Shown: one piece after another, positions 18,555 to 27,455 of the stretch
How the letters are laid out: every line of letters starts with the position of its first letter
Position numbering within the stretch: the first letter of the stretch is position 1
Source of the DNA: Candidatus Heimdallarchaeota archaeon
GTDB taxonomy: Archaea; Asgardarchaeota; Heimdallarchaeia; Heimdallarchaeales; Heimdallarchaeaceae
Reading direction: 5' to 3'
Assembly (NCBI GenBank): GCA_030668875.1
Contig: DAOVER010000002.1
Coordinates: 60,001 to 92,000 of the forward strand
Length of the DNA: 32,000 bases
The notes under the pieces: generated by a model
What the model was told of the DNA's origin: nothing
Databases searched by the model: none
What the model saw: only the letters and a program-made list of their open reading frames with translations
Made by a program: the position numbers and the translations under genes

Positions 18555-18688
18555 TTGGTTTTATATTTCAGTAAAAATATAAAATATGTGCTGAAAAATA
18601 CTTAACGAAGTTGAATCTAAGATCTATGGTTATGCATTTTTCTTTGACTAGAAATACATAAGGGAAAAAATGTAAAAAGAAAAGAAGG

Positions 18689-20440
18689 CTAGCTTCTCTT
18701 TCTTTTCAATAATATTACAAAAATGATTGAAAGAGTGATCAGAGTTAATACTGAAAATGAGATAAAATCAAATTCAGGTGCTAATGCTTGAATAACAATT
18801 ATTCTAATCTCTGAATATTCACCTACATCTCCTCCAGAATCTATCCCCGCAACTCTCCAATGATATGTATTTGGTTCTAATGCAACTGATGATTCATATG
18901 AAAATCCAACTACTGTTTCATTAATGATTGGAGTTAGAAATCCATCACTCACATCTATCTGGATCAGATAGGAACTAATACCAGTTATTTCAGACCATTC
19001 GAATAAAGGAGTATCATCTATTGTCACAATTCCATTATACGGATTAGTTAGCGTTGTAGCTCTGAGTTTGCTTGTATAGCTTATTGCTATAGAATCAATT
19101 AAAGGAGTAGAATCTATATTAGTTGTTGTTAGAACAGCTTTCCACTTCAATATGTATCCTGTGTTACTAAAATTATGAACCACACCTGGTGTTACACTCT
19201 CCCAGTTAGCACCATTGTCAGCTGATAGAAAGTAATCTATTGAAGTATCCGTTAAAATTGTATCTTCTTTAACAAGTGTTGCATATTTTAGCAAAGATTC
19301 TGCATCGCCTATGAAAACTGCAATAGATTGTGCAGTACCTTCAGTTCTGTACCTATAAATATTACTTACATCCAATATCTGTAATCCATTTGTCCCATCT
19401 GCGAGATAAACATAATCTCCAACCACTTCAATTGCAAAAGCATTTCCCGCAGTATCAAATTCAGTGTGTTTGATTGGAGCTGTTGGATCGCTTATGTCTA
19501 AAACACATAATCCATAGGAATTACTCGCACCATATAGAATATCTCCTATAGCATATACGCATTCAAAATCTCCAGCGAAATGACCTATAGAAAATGGAAG
19601 AAGGGGATTACTGATATTAAATATTCGTAGGCCGTAAACTCCATTAGACACAAAAGCCAAATCTCCTGAAATGAATACATTTTTTGAATATTCACCAGGT
19701 CCGAAATCACCAATATTCACAAGATTAAGTGGATTTGTTATGTCAACCACCCATAAATCAGCATTTCCTTCTGCAACAAATGCATAATTTCCACTTATTT
19801 TTAGTCCTCTTGCAATTCCAGTTGGTGGATTAGCTATATTGTCAGCTACAGATATACTAGCTTTATTCGTTACATCCATTGAGTATAATCCTAAATTTGT
19901 TGCAACATAAGCATAATTCCCAACAACTTCTATTTGATCCCACGCAATTGTGTCTCCAATGTCGTATATGTCAACTTGTGTTGGATTATAAGGGTCACTT
20001 ATATCAACAACATGAACTCCGCCATACCTATAACCTATAAACGCATAATCACCGTCTATACAAACATCCATTGCTCGATTAGCTAAAGTTGGAGTGTAAT
20101 TTCCTACAAAACTAGGTGACAAAGGATTAGAGATGTTAAGGATCATAACCCCATTATATTTGTCAGCAACATATGCTAGATCGCCATCAATAGTCACATC
20201 CAATGATTCTCCTGATGATGGGTAGTTACCCAATTCTGAAGGTTCTTGATAAGAGATTCTTATCTCACCTGAACCCCAATCTGAAACATCTGAGTTAGCA
20301 AAATCACGGTAAGTTGTGGATGAAAAATTTTCTGTGAAACTGCTTGTGACAGCTGTTACATTACTCGATAAATCCATGCTAATTACTACAATTAGCAAAG
20401 ATGATAAAATCATGAAATTAATAATGTTTTTTTTCCTCAT
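18689..20440 (-). CDS. Cell-surface LVIVD-repeat (7-blade beta-propeller) protein with an Ig/Fn3-like domain and PEF-CTERM-like anchor
   Basis: Signal peptide MRKKNIINFMILSSLLIVVIS. Seven repeats of the type V.I.GDYAYVAD...GL.ILDISDP..P. Ends APEF-hydrophobic helix-KRKRS. Confidence 0.88.
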   Translation of the reverse strand: MRKKNIINFMILSSLLIVVISMDLSSNVTAVTSSFTENFSSTTYRDFANSDVSDWGSGEIRISYQEPSELGNYPSSGESLDVTIDGDLAYVADKYNGVMILNISNPLSPSFVGNYTPTLANRAMDVCIDGDYAFIGYRYGGVHVVDISDPYNPTQVDIYDIGDTIAWDQIEVVGNYAYVATNLGLYSMDVTNKASISVADNIANPPTGIARGLKISGNYAFVAEGNADLWVVDITNPLNLVNIGDFGPGEYSKNVFISGDLAFVSNGVYGLRIFNISNPLLPFSIGHFAGDFECVYAIGDILYGASNSYGLCVLDISDPTAPIKHTEFDTAGNAFAIEVVGDYVYLADGTNGLQILDVSNIYRYRTEGTAQSIAVFIGDAESLLKYATLVKEDTILTDTSIDYFLSADNGANWESVTPGVVHNFSNTGYILKWKAVLTTTNIDSTPLIDSIAISYTSKLRATTLTNPYNGIVTIDDTPLFEWSEITGISSYLIQIDVSDGFLTPIINETVVGFSYESSVALEPNTYHWRVAGIDSGGDVGEYSEIRIIVIQALAPEFDFISFSVLTLITLSIIFVILLKRKRS

Positions 20441-20553
20441 ACTAAAACCCATTTTATCTTACTCTGATTAGTCTTAAAAACGTTTTGAGCAGTTTTGTTA
20501 AAATATTCATACAACTAGTGAGATTTATTAATGCTAGATGTTCAATTATCTCG

Positions 20554-22218
20554 ATGAGAAAAACTCAAGCTTTATTCCTTATTGTTTTGTTTGTCAACTT
20601 TCAATTTCTCAATGTTGTTATAAATTCTTCAGCGACATTTAATATTAAAAAACAAGAGACACTTGACCCCTATATCTGGTTTTGGGAAGAACTCTCAAAT
20701 GCTCCTGGGCAAATTAGTGGCGAGGATGTAGTTTATTGGGGCGAGAATTTGGGACCCTATCACAATTACACGGAATTGACAGAAAAGCTTGTACTTCTAA
20801 ATAGTACTTTTCCTGATATAGTTGACGTATTCTCAATAGGAAAAACTTGGCATAATAATGATGTATGGTGTGTAAAACTAACCAATGAAACAATAACCAG
20901 TTCAAAAACAGAATATTACATCGTAGCAGAACATCATGCTAGAGAATTAATCTCTGTAGAAAATGCACTCTATTTCATAGATAAAATTGTATATGATTCA
21001 ATCTTTGGTCTCTATGAGGAGCTATTATCGAGTAGAGAATTATATGTCATTCCTATGTTAAACCCAGATGGTATCTCAATTATTCATTGGTTTCCTGAGC
21101 AACGCAAAAATCTACACCCCATTGACGATGACGGGGATGGGATTAATGACACCGACATGGATGGTTTACTTGATGATGAGCTAGAGAGGACATATTATTG
21201 GAATCCTGCTGCAAATACTTCTGCAATTCGGGAATTTGATTTAGATGGTGATGGGTCAATTGCTGAAGACTTACCTGGGGGTGTCGATCTCAATCGAAAT
21301 TATGGAGTTAACTGGGAAGGTACTGGTTCTTCATCAGTTAAAAGAAATCCTCTTTATCGAGGAGCTTATCCATTTAGTGAGAATGAAACTCAAATCATGA
21401 GAGACTTCATGCGAGAACATGCTTTCAATTTTGCAATTAGTCTTCACAGTGGTATTAAATCTATAATCACACCTTGGGGTCATAATGGTTCCTTACCTTT
21501 AGCTGATGAAGATGAATTTAATGCATTGCTAGTTGACTTGCAAGATATTCTCCATTGGCCACTTTGGAATGAATCAGGGGGATACCTCACAAATGGTGTG
21601 TGGGAAGATTATTGTTATGCAGCTCATGATATTCTCTGCTTTACCTTAGAGACTTACTATGATATCTGGACGGGGTCATATTTTGATTATTTCAATCCTC
21701 CTGGAAACCAGATTCTATCTAATTGTGAATATGTTTACCCAGCTATGATCTATTTAGCTGAAGAACCAAGATTAACTTATTCCAATAACCTCCCTAGTAT
21801 AGAAGTAACTAATCCTTCAACGATTAATCAAGTATTTGAAAATTATACCATTACTTGGACAATGGATGACTTGGATGGAGATAATTTAAATTGTACAGTT
21901 TTAGTATCCGAAAATGGTTGGAACTGGGATGTTTTGGCTACAAATCTAACAGATCAAACCTCCTTCTTCTGGAATGTAACTTCTGTAGATCCAGGTTCAT
22001 ATTACCTAAAAGTCGCTGTATATGATGGAAAGGATTGGATTTCTGATGTTAGTGAAATTAGCTTAAACGTTCGAAATGTAAAACCTCCATCTCCTTTTGC
22101 TTTCTATATTCTTGCAGGTATTTTTGGTACTCTAGCAGTTGTCTACCTCTTCTTCTATTTACGAAAATCTAAAAATCTTAGCAAGATGTGGGGACCCGAA
22201 GATAGTACTAAAAAGTAA
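20554..22218 (+). CDS. Membrane-anchored M14 zinc carboxypeptidase with C-terminal Ig-like domain
   Basis: HARE (Zn ligands), NPDG, QRKN, GVDLNRNY, SLHS, TLET (catalytic Glu). N-terminal signal helix and C-terminal TM helix followed by RKSK. ATG 20554 preferred over TTG 20485. Confidence 0.9.
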   Translation: MRKTQALFLIVLFVNFQFLNVVINSSATFNIKKQETLDPYIWFWEELSNAPGQISGEDVVYWGENLGPYHNYTELTEKLVLLNSTFPDIVDVFSIGKTWHNNDVWCVKLTNETITSSKTEYYIVAEHHARELISVENALYFIDKIVYDSIFGLYEELLSSRELYVIPMLNPDGISIIHWFPEQRKNLHPIDDDGDGINDTDMDGLLDDELERTYYWNPAANTSAIREFDLDGDGSIAEDLPGGVDLNRNYGVNWEGTGSSSVKRNPLYRGAYPFSENETQIMRDFMREHAFNFAISLHSGIKSIITPWGHNGSLPLADEDEFNALLVDLQDILHWPLWNESGGYLTNGVWEDYCYAAHDILCFTLETYYDIWTGSYFDYFNPPGNQILSNCEYVYPAMIYLAEEPRLTYSNNLPSIEVTNPSTINQVFENYTITWTMDDLDGDNLNCTVLVSENGWNWDVLATNLTDQTSFFWNVTSVDPGSYYLKVAVYDGKDWISDVSEISLNVRNVKPPSPFAFYILAGIFGTLAVVYLFFYLRKSKNLSKMWGPEDSTKK

Positions 22219-22323
22219 CTAATCTGTTTTTTAATACATTTTATTCCTTTTTTTCTACCTCTAACAAATGTTTTATAGTTCATGCTCTTCTGTATGTTAT
22301 AGGTAAAACACTTAGGGGTTCAA

Positions 22324-23421
22324 ATGTTTGACCAAACATATATTCTCTTTAAGTATGTCGTAGCTGTAGCACTAATCTTGGGTGGAGTTGCTGCAACATA
22401 CTGGGGAATAAAAAGACAAAATCCATTCTATAAACTATGGGTAGCTTTTCTCATATCTTATGGTATATTTGAAATAATTGAGGTATTAGAAAACCAGAAT
22501 CCAACATCATTGATTCTTTATCGTGCCTTGCAGATTGTTCAAGCAGTTGCCTTAATTATCCTTTTTGCAGCTTGTTTAGAACAATCTATGACTATTACAT
22601 CCAGAGCTAGTAGAATTCTTGCAATCAGTCTATCTACTTTGGCACTTTACTTCATAGTTATTCCGTTAGATGTATCAATAGAGAGTTTCCGAATATTAAC
22701 TATATCAATTTATGGTGTTATTTTTACAGATATTTACGGATTCATTTATGGTTCTTTAATATTAGTAAGCTCCTTCCTCTTGATAGGTGTCTATATACGA
22801 TACTTCAAACTTGCATCTTCATCAAAAAGTAGACGAGTGAAGGTAAAACGGGATATAACCTTACTTCTTATTATACTTCTAATTGGATTTGCAGTTCTAG
22901 TAACTATAAGAAGGAAGATGCTTGAAGCTAATTCTCTAGTTTTTAATATAGCAGATCTTGCATATACCTTCGTTGTTGTCTTAGTAGTTTCATTTTATCA
23001 AAGCCAATCTCTATCTCATGGTATTGAGGCGATTTTAGTTGTAGATAGAGAAGGTAACCCTCTGCTAGGTTACTCCCCTCTCCGAGGTAGAAGGATATCT
23101 TTTGAAGAAAAAATAATAGCAGCTTCAGGATATCTTGCTGGACTTTTTCACTTTGTTCGTGAATATGTTGCTACATCCTCAGAAGAGCAATTCAGAGAAT
23201 TAAAAACTAGTTCCTCTACCATGTCATTCTATGTAGGAGAAAAAATCTTCATTATAATACAAACTAAGATTTCAAGTAAAGTATTAGCTAAAGCCACAAA
23301 ACTGGTTATTAAAGAGTTGGATGGCTATCTCATGGATTTCAAAGCAAATAAAATGCTAACAGAGGAGCAAATTGAACATGTACAAACACTACTAAAAGAA
23401 AATTTTACTCTCATGGCTTAA
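22324..23421 (+). CDS. 7-TM membrane protein with a C-terminal cytoplasmic longin-like domain
   Basis: Seven hydrophobic segments in aa 1-~225, then GIEAILVVDREGNPLL...AASGYLAGLFHFVREY...FRELKT...MSF...IFIII...LVIKELDGYL, the Asgard longin pattern. Confidence 0.7.
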   Translation: MFDQTYILFKYVVAVALILGGVAATYWGIKRQNPFYKLWVAFLISYGIFEIIEVLENQNPTSLILYRALQIVQAVALIILFAACLEQSMTITSRASRILAISLSTLALYFIVIPLDVSIESFRILTISIYGVIFTDIYGFIYGSLILVSSFLLIGVYIRYFKLASSSKSRRVKVKRDITLLLIILLIGFAVLVTIRRKMLEANSLVFNIADLAYTFVVVLVVSFYQSQSLSHGIEAILVVDREGNPLLGYSPLRGRRISFEEKIIAASGYLAGLFHFVREYVATSSEEQFRELKTSSSTMSFYVGEKIFIIIQTKISSKVLAKATKLVIKELDGYLMDFKANKMLTEEQIEHVQTLLKENFTLMA

Positions 23422-23472
23422 TCTTGCTCAACTTCACTAAAACTTATATTTTTCAAAGAATTACTATTACTA

Positions 23473-24789
23473 ATGGTTTCAATTTCATTTGTTCTAGGAA
23501 CAAGACCTGAAATAATAAAATTAGCTCCAATAATACATGAAGCTGAGAAAAGAGAGATTTCCTTTAATATAATCCATACAGGTCAACATTACGACATGGA
23601 AATGTCAGAACAATTCTTGGAATCCTTAAACATTCCTTCTCCTGATATTAATCTAGAAGTAAAATCCTTAACTCTCCATGCTCAACTGGGAAATATGGTA
23701 GAAAAGCTAGGAAACTATTATAAGAATAATAAACATGATATTGTGTTAGCTGTAGGTGATACAATAAGTGTTCTAGCAGCTGCTTTAGTTAGTAATCAAA
23801 ATAATATCCCCTTCGGTCATATTGAAGCTGGTTTGAGATCTTATGATAATACTATGCCTGAAGAAATTAATCGCAGACTTGCAGATAGCATTGCAACACT
23901 TCATTTCGCTCCTTCTGACAGGGCTGTTTTAAACCTCCTAAATGAAGGAATTGAACCTGAAAGAGTATTCAATACAGGAAATACTATAGTAGATGCCATT
24001 CGTATCTATTCTGCGAAATTATCTAAAAGGAAGACTTCACAGGCTGATAAGATTCTTCAAGATGTAAAAGGAGAATATTCCATTTGTACAATCCACAGAG
24101 TATCTAACGTTGAGAACAAAGAGAACTTGTTAGAAATTATCCAAGCCTTAGAATCTTTTAGAGGATATCTGAAGATCTTTTTATTACATCCTAGAACAGA
24201 AAAGAAGCTGCACGAGTATAAATTATACGATAAATTCAAACAGATCGAAGGGTTACATATATACAAGTCTGTAAATTACATGTCAATGTTGAAGCTACTA
24301 ACCGATGAAAAGTGTCAACTCATTATCACCGATTCAGGAGGTATAATTGAAGAAGCGTCGGTATTGAAAATTCCATGTATAACTATCAGACCAAATACAG
24401 AGAGACCAGAAACAGTTGAAGGAGGGGTAAACTTTCTTGTACGACCTAAAGCTCTGGAAATTCTTCAAACTATTGAACTTATTTTGTCAGATGAAGATAT
24501 AATAGAGAAAATGAAAATATTTACAAATCCATACGGTGATGGCTTTAGTAGTGGTAGGATATTGGACATTATTGAAAATAAGCTTACAAAGATGATATTT
24601 CAATCACCGGAATCATATAAATTTGGATCAAAGTCATTTTACCTAATAGATATACAAATACCAATGAAAACAGCTTCTTTAGAAGAATTGTATGGATGTA
24701 CAGTAACTATGGTTTATGGTACGGATGGAGAGCCTTTACCAATACCAAAGAAATTAGAAAAAGGATATAGGGTTAAATTAACACTATAG
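23473..24789 (+). CDS. wecB: UDP-N-acetylglucosamine 2-epimerase (non-hydrolysing) with an extra C-terminal domain of about 60 aa
   Basis: Reads on the + strand (atg gtt tca att... from 23473; TAG at 24787-24789), contrary to the track. Motifs GTRPEIIK, HTGQHYD, GDT, HIEAGLRS, MPEEINR, HPRT, TDSGG..EEA, TERPE, NPYGDG. Confidence 0.95.
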   Translation: MVSISFVLGTRPEIIKLAPIIHEAEKREISFNIIHTGQHYDMEMSEQFLESLNIPSPDINLEVKSLTLHAQLGNMVEKLGNYYKNNKHDIVLAVGDTISVLAAALVSNQNNIPFGHIEAGLRSYDNTMPEEINRRLADSIATLHFAPSDRAVLNLLNEGIEPERVFNTGNTIVDAIRIYSAKLSKRKTSQADKILQDVKGEYSICTIHRVSNVENKENLLEIIQALESFRGYLKIFLLHPRTEKKLHEYKLYDKFKQIEGLHIYKSVNYMSMLKLLTDEKCQLIITDSGGIIEEASVLKIPCITIRPNTERPETVEGGVNFLVRPKALEILQTIELILSDEDIIEKMKIFTNPYGDGFSSGRILDIIENKLTKMIFQSPESYKFGSKSFYLIDIQIPMKTASLEELYGCTVTMVYGTDGEPLPIPKKLEKGYRVKLTL

Positions 24790-25779
24790 CAAGATGTCCC
24801 AGCCATATATTCTAGCTAGTACATTTAACAAAACTCTAACTGCTGCGAAGATAGCTAAAAACCAAAAACCTGTCAGAATAGCTTCTGATTTTATCTTGTG
24901 TAAGAATCTTGGAACTATGTTAGCAGTAATTAAAGTTCCTGCTGCCATACAGATTACTATGCCCCAGTGAATATACGATCCAAGAATTAAACGAAGTCCT
25001 AAACCAAAAGGAGTAGCAAATAGGATGGTGAATGTTGATGTAGCCGTTGCAACTGTTGCAGGAAGCCCTAATCCCATAGTCAGTATTGGTACATAGATAA
25101 CCCCGCCACCTAAACCTAGGAGAGAACCGATAAATCCACCAAAGGTTGCAATTAATACTCCTGGAAGTAACTTTGCTTTGTATTCGAATTTAGTTCCTCT
25201 TTTGTCTTCTAATTTTCTAAGGAGAATAGTGTGTAACCACCATGGTTTATCCTTCTGACTTTCCGCAATTTCGATTTTATTAATTATTTTTTCTTTTACT
25301 GGAACCCCTCGCTTTTTCTTACTCCAGCCAATAATAATTGTTGTAATTTTATATCCTGCAATTAAAAGCATTGTAACAGCAAAGATGATTTGATAAAGAT
25401 CAATATCGATACTCTGTTTCTTAATGAACAAATTTGAGAACAATGCTCCAGAAATAGCTCCTGGAATTGCAAAAATCATAAATGTTATAGCTACTCTGAA
25501 ATCAATAAGTTTTTCTCTAATATAGGAAATAGATCCACTTAAAGCTGTTATAATAATCACTCCTAAAGATGTAACTGTTGCTACATCACCAATTTTTAAA
25601 TTCGGGTCACCTGTAGCAGAGACAAATTTATCTAGAAGAGCAGGAAACCCAATCAGCAGTATAGGGACGTTAAGTAAACCTCCTCCGATACCAAAAGTAG
25701 GAGAAATTGTTCCAGATATTAATCCAGCAACGAACAAGAGAAGATAATGCCACCATTCAAATCCAGCAAATATTTCCAT
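24784..25779 (-). CDS. TauE/SafE (sulfite exporter-like) membrane protein
   Basis: Two repeats of G..S...GIGGG...VP.L (GLISGTISPTFGIGGGLLNVPILL; GFIGSLLGLGGGVIYVPILT), about 8 TM. Convergent 6-nt overlap with wecB (ctatag carries both stop codons). Confidence 0.9.
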   Translation of the reverse strand: MEIFAGFEWWHYLLLFVAGLISGTISPTFGIGGGLLNVPILLIGFPALLDKFVSATGDPNLKIGDVATVTSLGVIIITALSGSISYIREKLIDFRVAITFMIFAIPGAISGALFSNLFIKKQSIDIDLYQIIFAVTMLLIAGYKITTIIIGWSKKKRGVPVKEKIINKIEIAESQKDKPWWLHTILLRKLEDKRGTKFEYKAKLLPGVLIATFGGFIGSLLGLGGGVIYVPILTMGLGLPATVATATSTFTILFATPFGLGLRLILGSYIHWGIVICMAAGTLITANIVPRFLHKIKSEAILTGFWFLAIFAAVRVLLNVLARIYGWDILL

Positions 25780-25864
25780 TAGATGCACCCAATATTAACA
25801 ATTGATTAAAAAGAGTGTTACTTAAAACTTTAATGCTTAAACAAATATCTACAAGTAGAAATTA

Positions 25865-25872
25865 TTTTAAAG
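25865..25872 (+). promoter_or_regulatory. Putative TATA box (TTTTAAAG) for the 25895 gene
   Basis: Ends 22 nt before the ATG; same octamer and spacing as at 6527. Confidence 0.5.
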
Positions 25873-25894
25873 TAGTTCGAAGTAGTAATCTCCT

Positions 25895-26764
25895 ATGAGT
25901 TCAGAAAAGGAAAACGCTATTGCTGAGCAGTTTCTTTCTCTAATCGATAAGAAAAATGTTTGGGAATTAGAAATACTTTCATCAATCATTAATATAAATT
26001 CTCAAAATCTAGCTGATTTCATCAAGGATCTGCCTATGGCTTTCGGATTAGCCGTTTCTGGGAAAAAAGTGCATATTACACCTGAACTTGTACGTGATGT
26101 TACGTCTGAAATTAAAGATACTTTTGTTTCCTGGTACCAGAGTACAGTACCCGGAACATACACCCAGTCTTCTTTGCTATCAAATGAGATTATCAGGGAA
26201 GATTTTGCTATGAATTTAAGATTAGAGAAAAAGGCTAAAGTTAAGATTACTATTTATGGTGATAACTTTCTCGTACAAAGAGTTGTTGACAGATACTTAA
26301 CCAAAGGAAATTTACAAGTTGCATATAGTTATGAGGGGGGATATGAGCCAATAAATGCAGAAAAAACTATAGGTAATGATATTTTAGAATGTCAATTCAG
26401 TGTGATAAATTATAGACGTGAAATATCTTCTCTTGCTAATCTTCTCTTTGAATTATCAGAGGGTTTCTTATTGGTTTTCAACCCCTTGGACAAAATGCAA
26501 GTAGTGAAATTAAACGATATGATAAATCTTCTCTCTCAGAAAAGAAGATCTGATTTATTTGTTACTTTTCTAGGTATAATCACTGAAGAAGAAGGACAAG
26601 AATCAATCACTGAAATCGCAACAGTTCTATCAAAAATGGTTGGGAAACTTGAACATATTCATCAATTTAAAGTGTCTTTTGCAATTCTTTCAGATGAGAG
26701 ACAAATAGAGAGAAAAATAAACGACCTCTTACAAACCTCTCAACTATTGGTTAACAAAGATTGA
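25895..26764 (+). CDS. Winged-helix-like N-terminal domain fused to a P-loop-dead Rab-like domain
   Basis: KVKITIYGDNFLVQRVVDRYLTKGNLQVAYSYEGGYEPINAEKTIGNDILECQFSVINYRREISSLANLLFELSEGFLLVFNPLDK aligns register-for-register with Rab beta1 to beta4, but G1, G3 and G4 are lost. Confidence 0.6.
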   Translation: MSSEKENAIAEQFLSLIDKKNVWELEILSSIININSQNLADFIKDLPMAFGLAVSGKKVHITPELVRDVTSEIKDTFVSWYQSTVPGTYTQSSLLSNEIIREDFAMNLRLEKKAKVKITIYGDNFLVQRVVDRYLTKGNLQVAYSYEGGYEPINAEKTIGNDILECQFSVINYRREISSLANLLFELSEGFLLVFNPLDKMQVVKLNDMINLLSQKRRSDLFVTFLGIITEEEGQESITEIATVLSKMVGKLEHIHQFKVSFAILSDERQIERKINDLLQTSQLLVNKD

Positions 26765-26766
26765 AA

Positions 26767-27453
26767 TTAACCAGGTCTCATTTCTTCATTTTCAACTAAA
26801 TGTGGATAAGCTCGAAATGCAATGTTTATTGGTATGAAACCTATACTTAGAAGTATTATTGCTACAGCTGTTATTCCTATCCCAATAATGTTTATTATTA
26901 CTGCTACTGCTTCGTTTGAAATTAACCAGCTTATGAAGAATAATGTAAAGGATAGAGACTGAACTCCAAACCCTATCGATAGGAAATGTTTTGGATACTT
27001 TACAATGACTCTTTTAAGGTAAAGAGATGCCAACTGTTTCTGAAGGAAGAAAAATCCAATAGTATACGCAATACTGGATAATATAAGACATATTCCGCCA
27101 AGATAGATGAGAATGTCAGTGACTATCCACTCTATTAGGATTAATAGAAACAATCCGAGTAGTAATATCCCAGAACCAACAAAAATGAATATAGCAATCT
27201 GTTTTCCACGCTCCCATGCAAATTCGCTTTCATTCCTAAAATTCAGTGCAGCTTTTCCTATTCCAGCTAAGCCAATAATAATCGGTGCGTATAATATTTG
27301 TGAAGCATCCAATCCGTAAAGTACATCAAAAAGACCATTAGCGATAATGTATCCTCCTGACATAAAGTATAATAAAATACCTAATATTACGTAGAAGAAA
27401 ACAACTAGTATGCTCCCACTAGCAAAAAATTTCGAATTTCTATGAAGACTCAT
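26767..27453 (-). CDS. 6-TM membrane protein (third of three tandem paralogues)
   Basis: About six hydrophobic helices. IGFFFLQKQL...FLSIGF...SIGFIPI motifs are shared with the two upstream genes. SD-like GAGGTG precedes the start. Confidence 0.75.
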   Translation of the reverse strand: MSLHRNSKFFASGSILVVFFYVILGILLYFMSGGYIIANGLFDVLYGLDASQILYAPIIIGLAGIGKAALNFRNESEFAWERGKQIAIFIFVGSGILLLGLFLLILIEWIVTDILIYLGGICLILSSIAYTIGFFFLQKQLASLYLKRVIVKYPKHFLSIGFGVQSLSFTLFFISWLISNEAVAVIINIIGIGITAVAIILLSIGFIPINIAFRAYPHLVENEEMRPG

Positions 27454-27455
27454 TA

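Noticed and set aside
22324-23000. Microbial or heliorhodopsin
   Set aside because: No retinal-binding Lys in the seventh helix and no rhodopsin motifs.
23473-24789. ORF-track strand label '-' for the WecB protein
   Set aside because: The given protein (MVSISFVLGTRPE...) is encoded by the + strand from ATG 23473 to TAG 24789, so the label is wrong.
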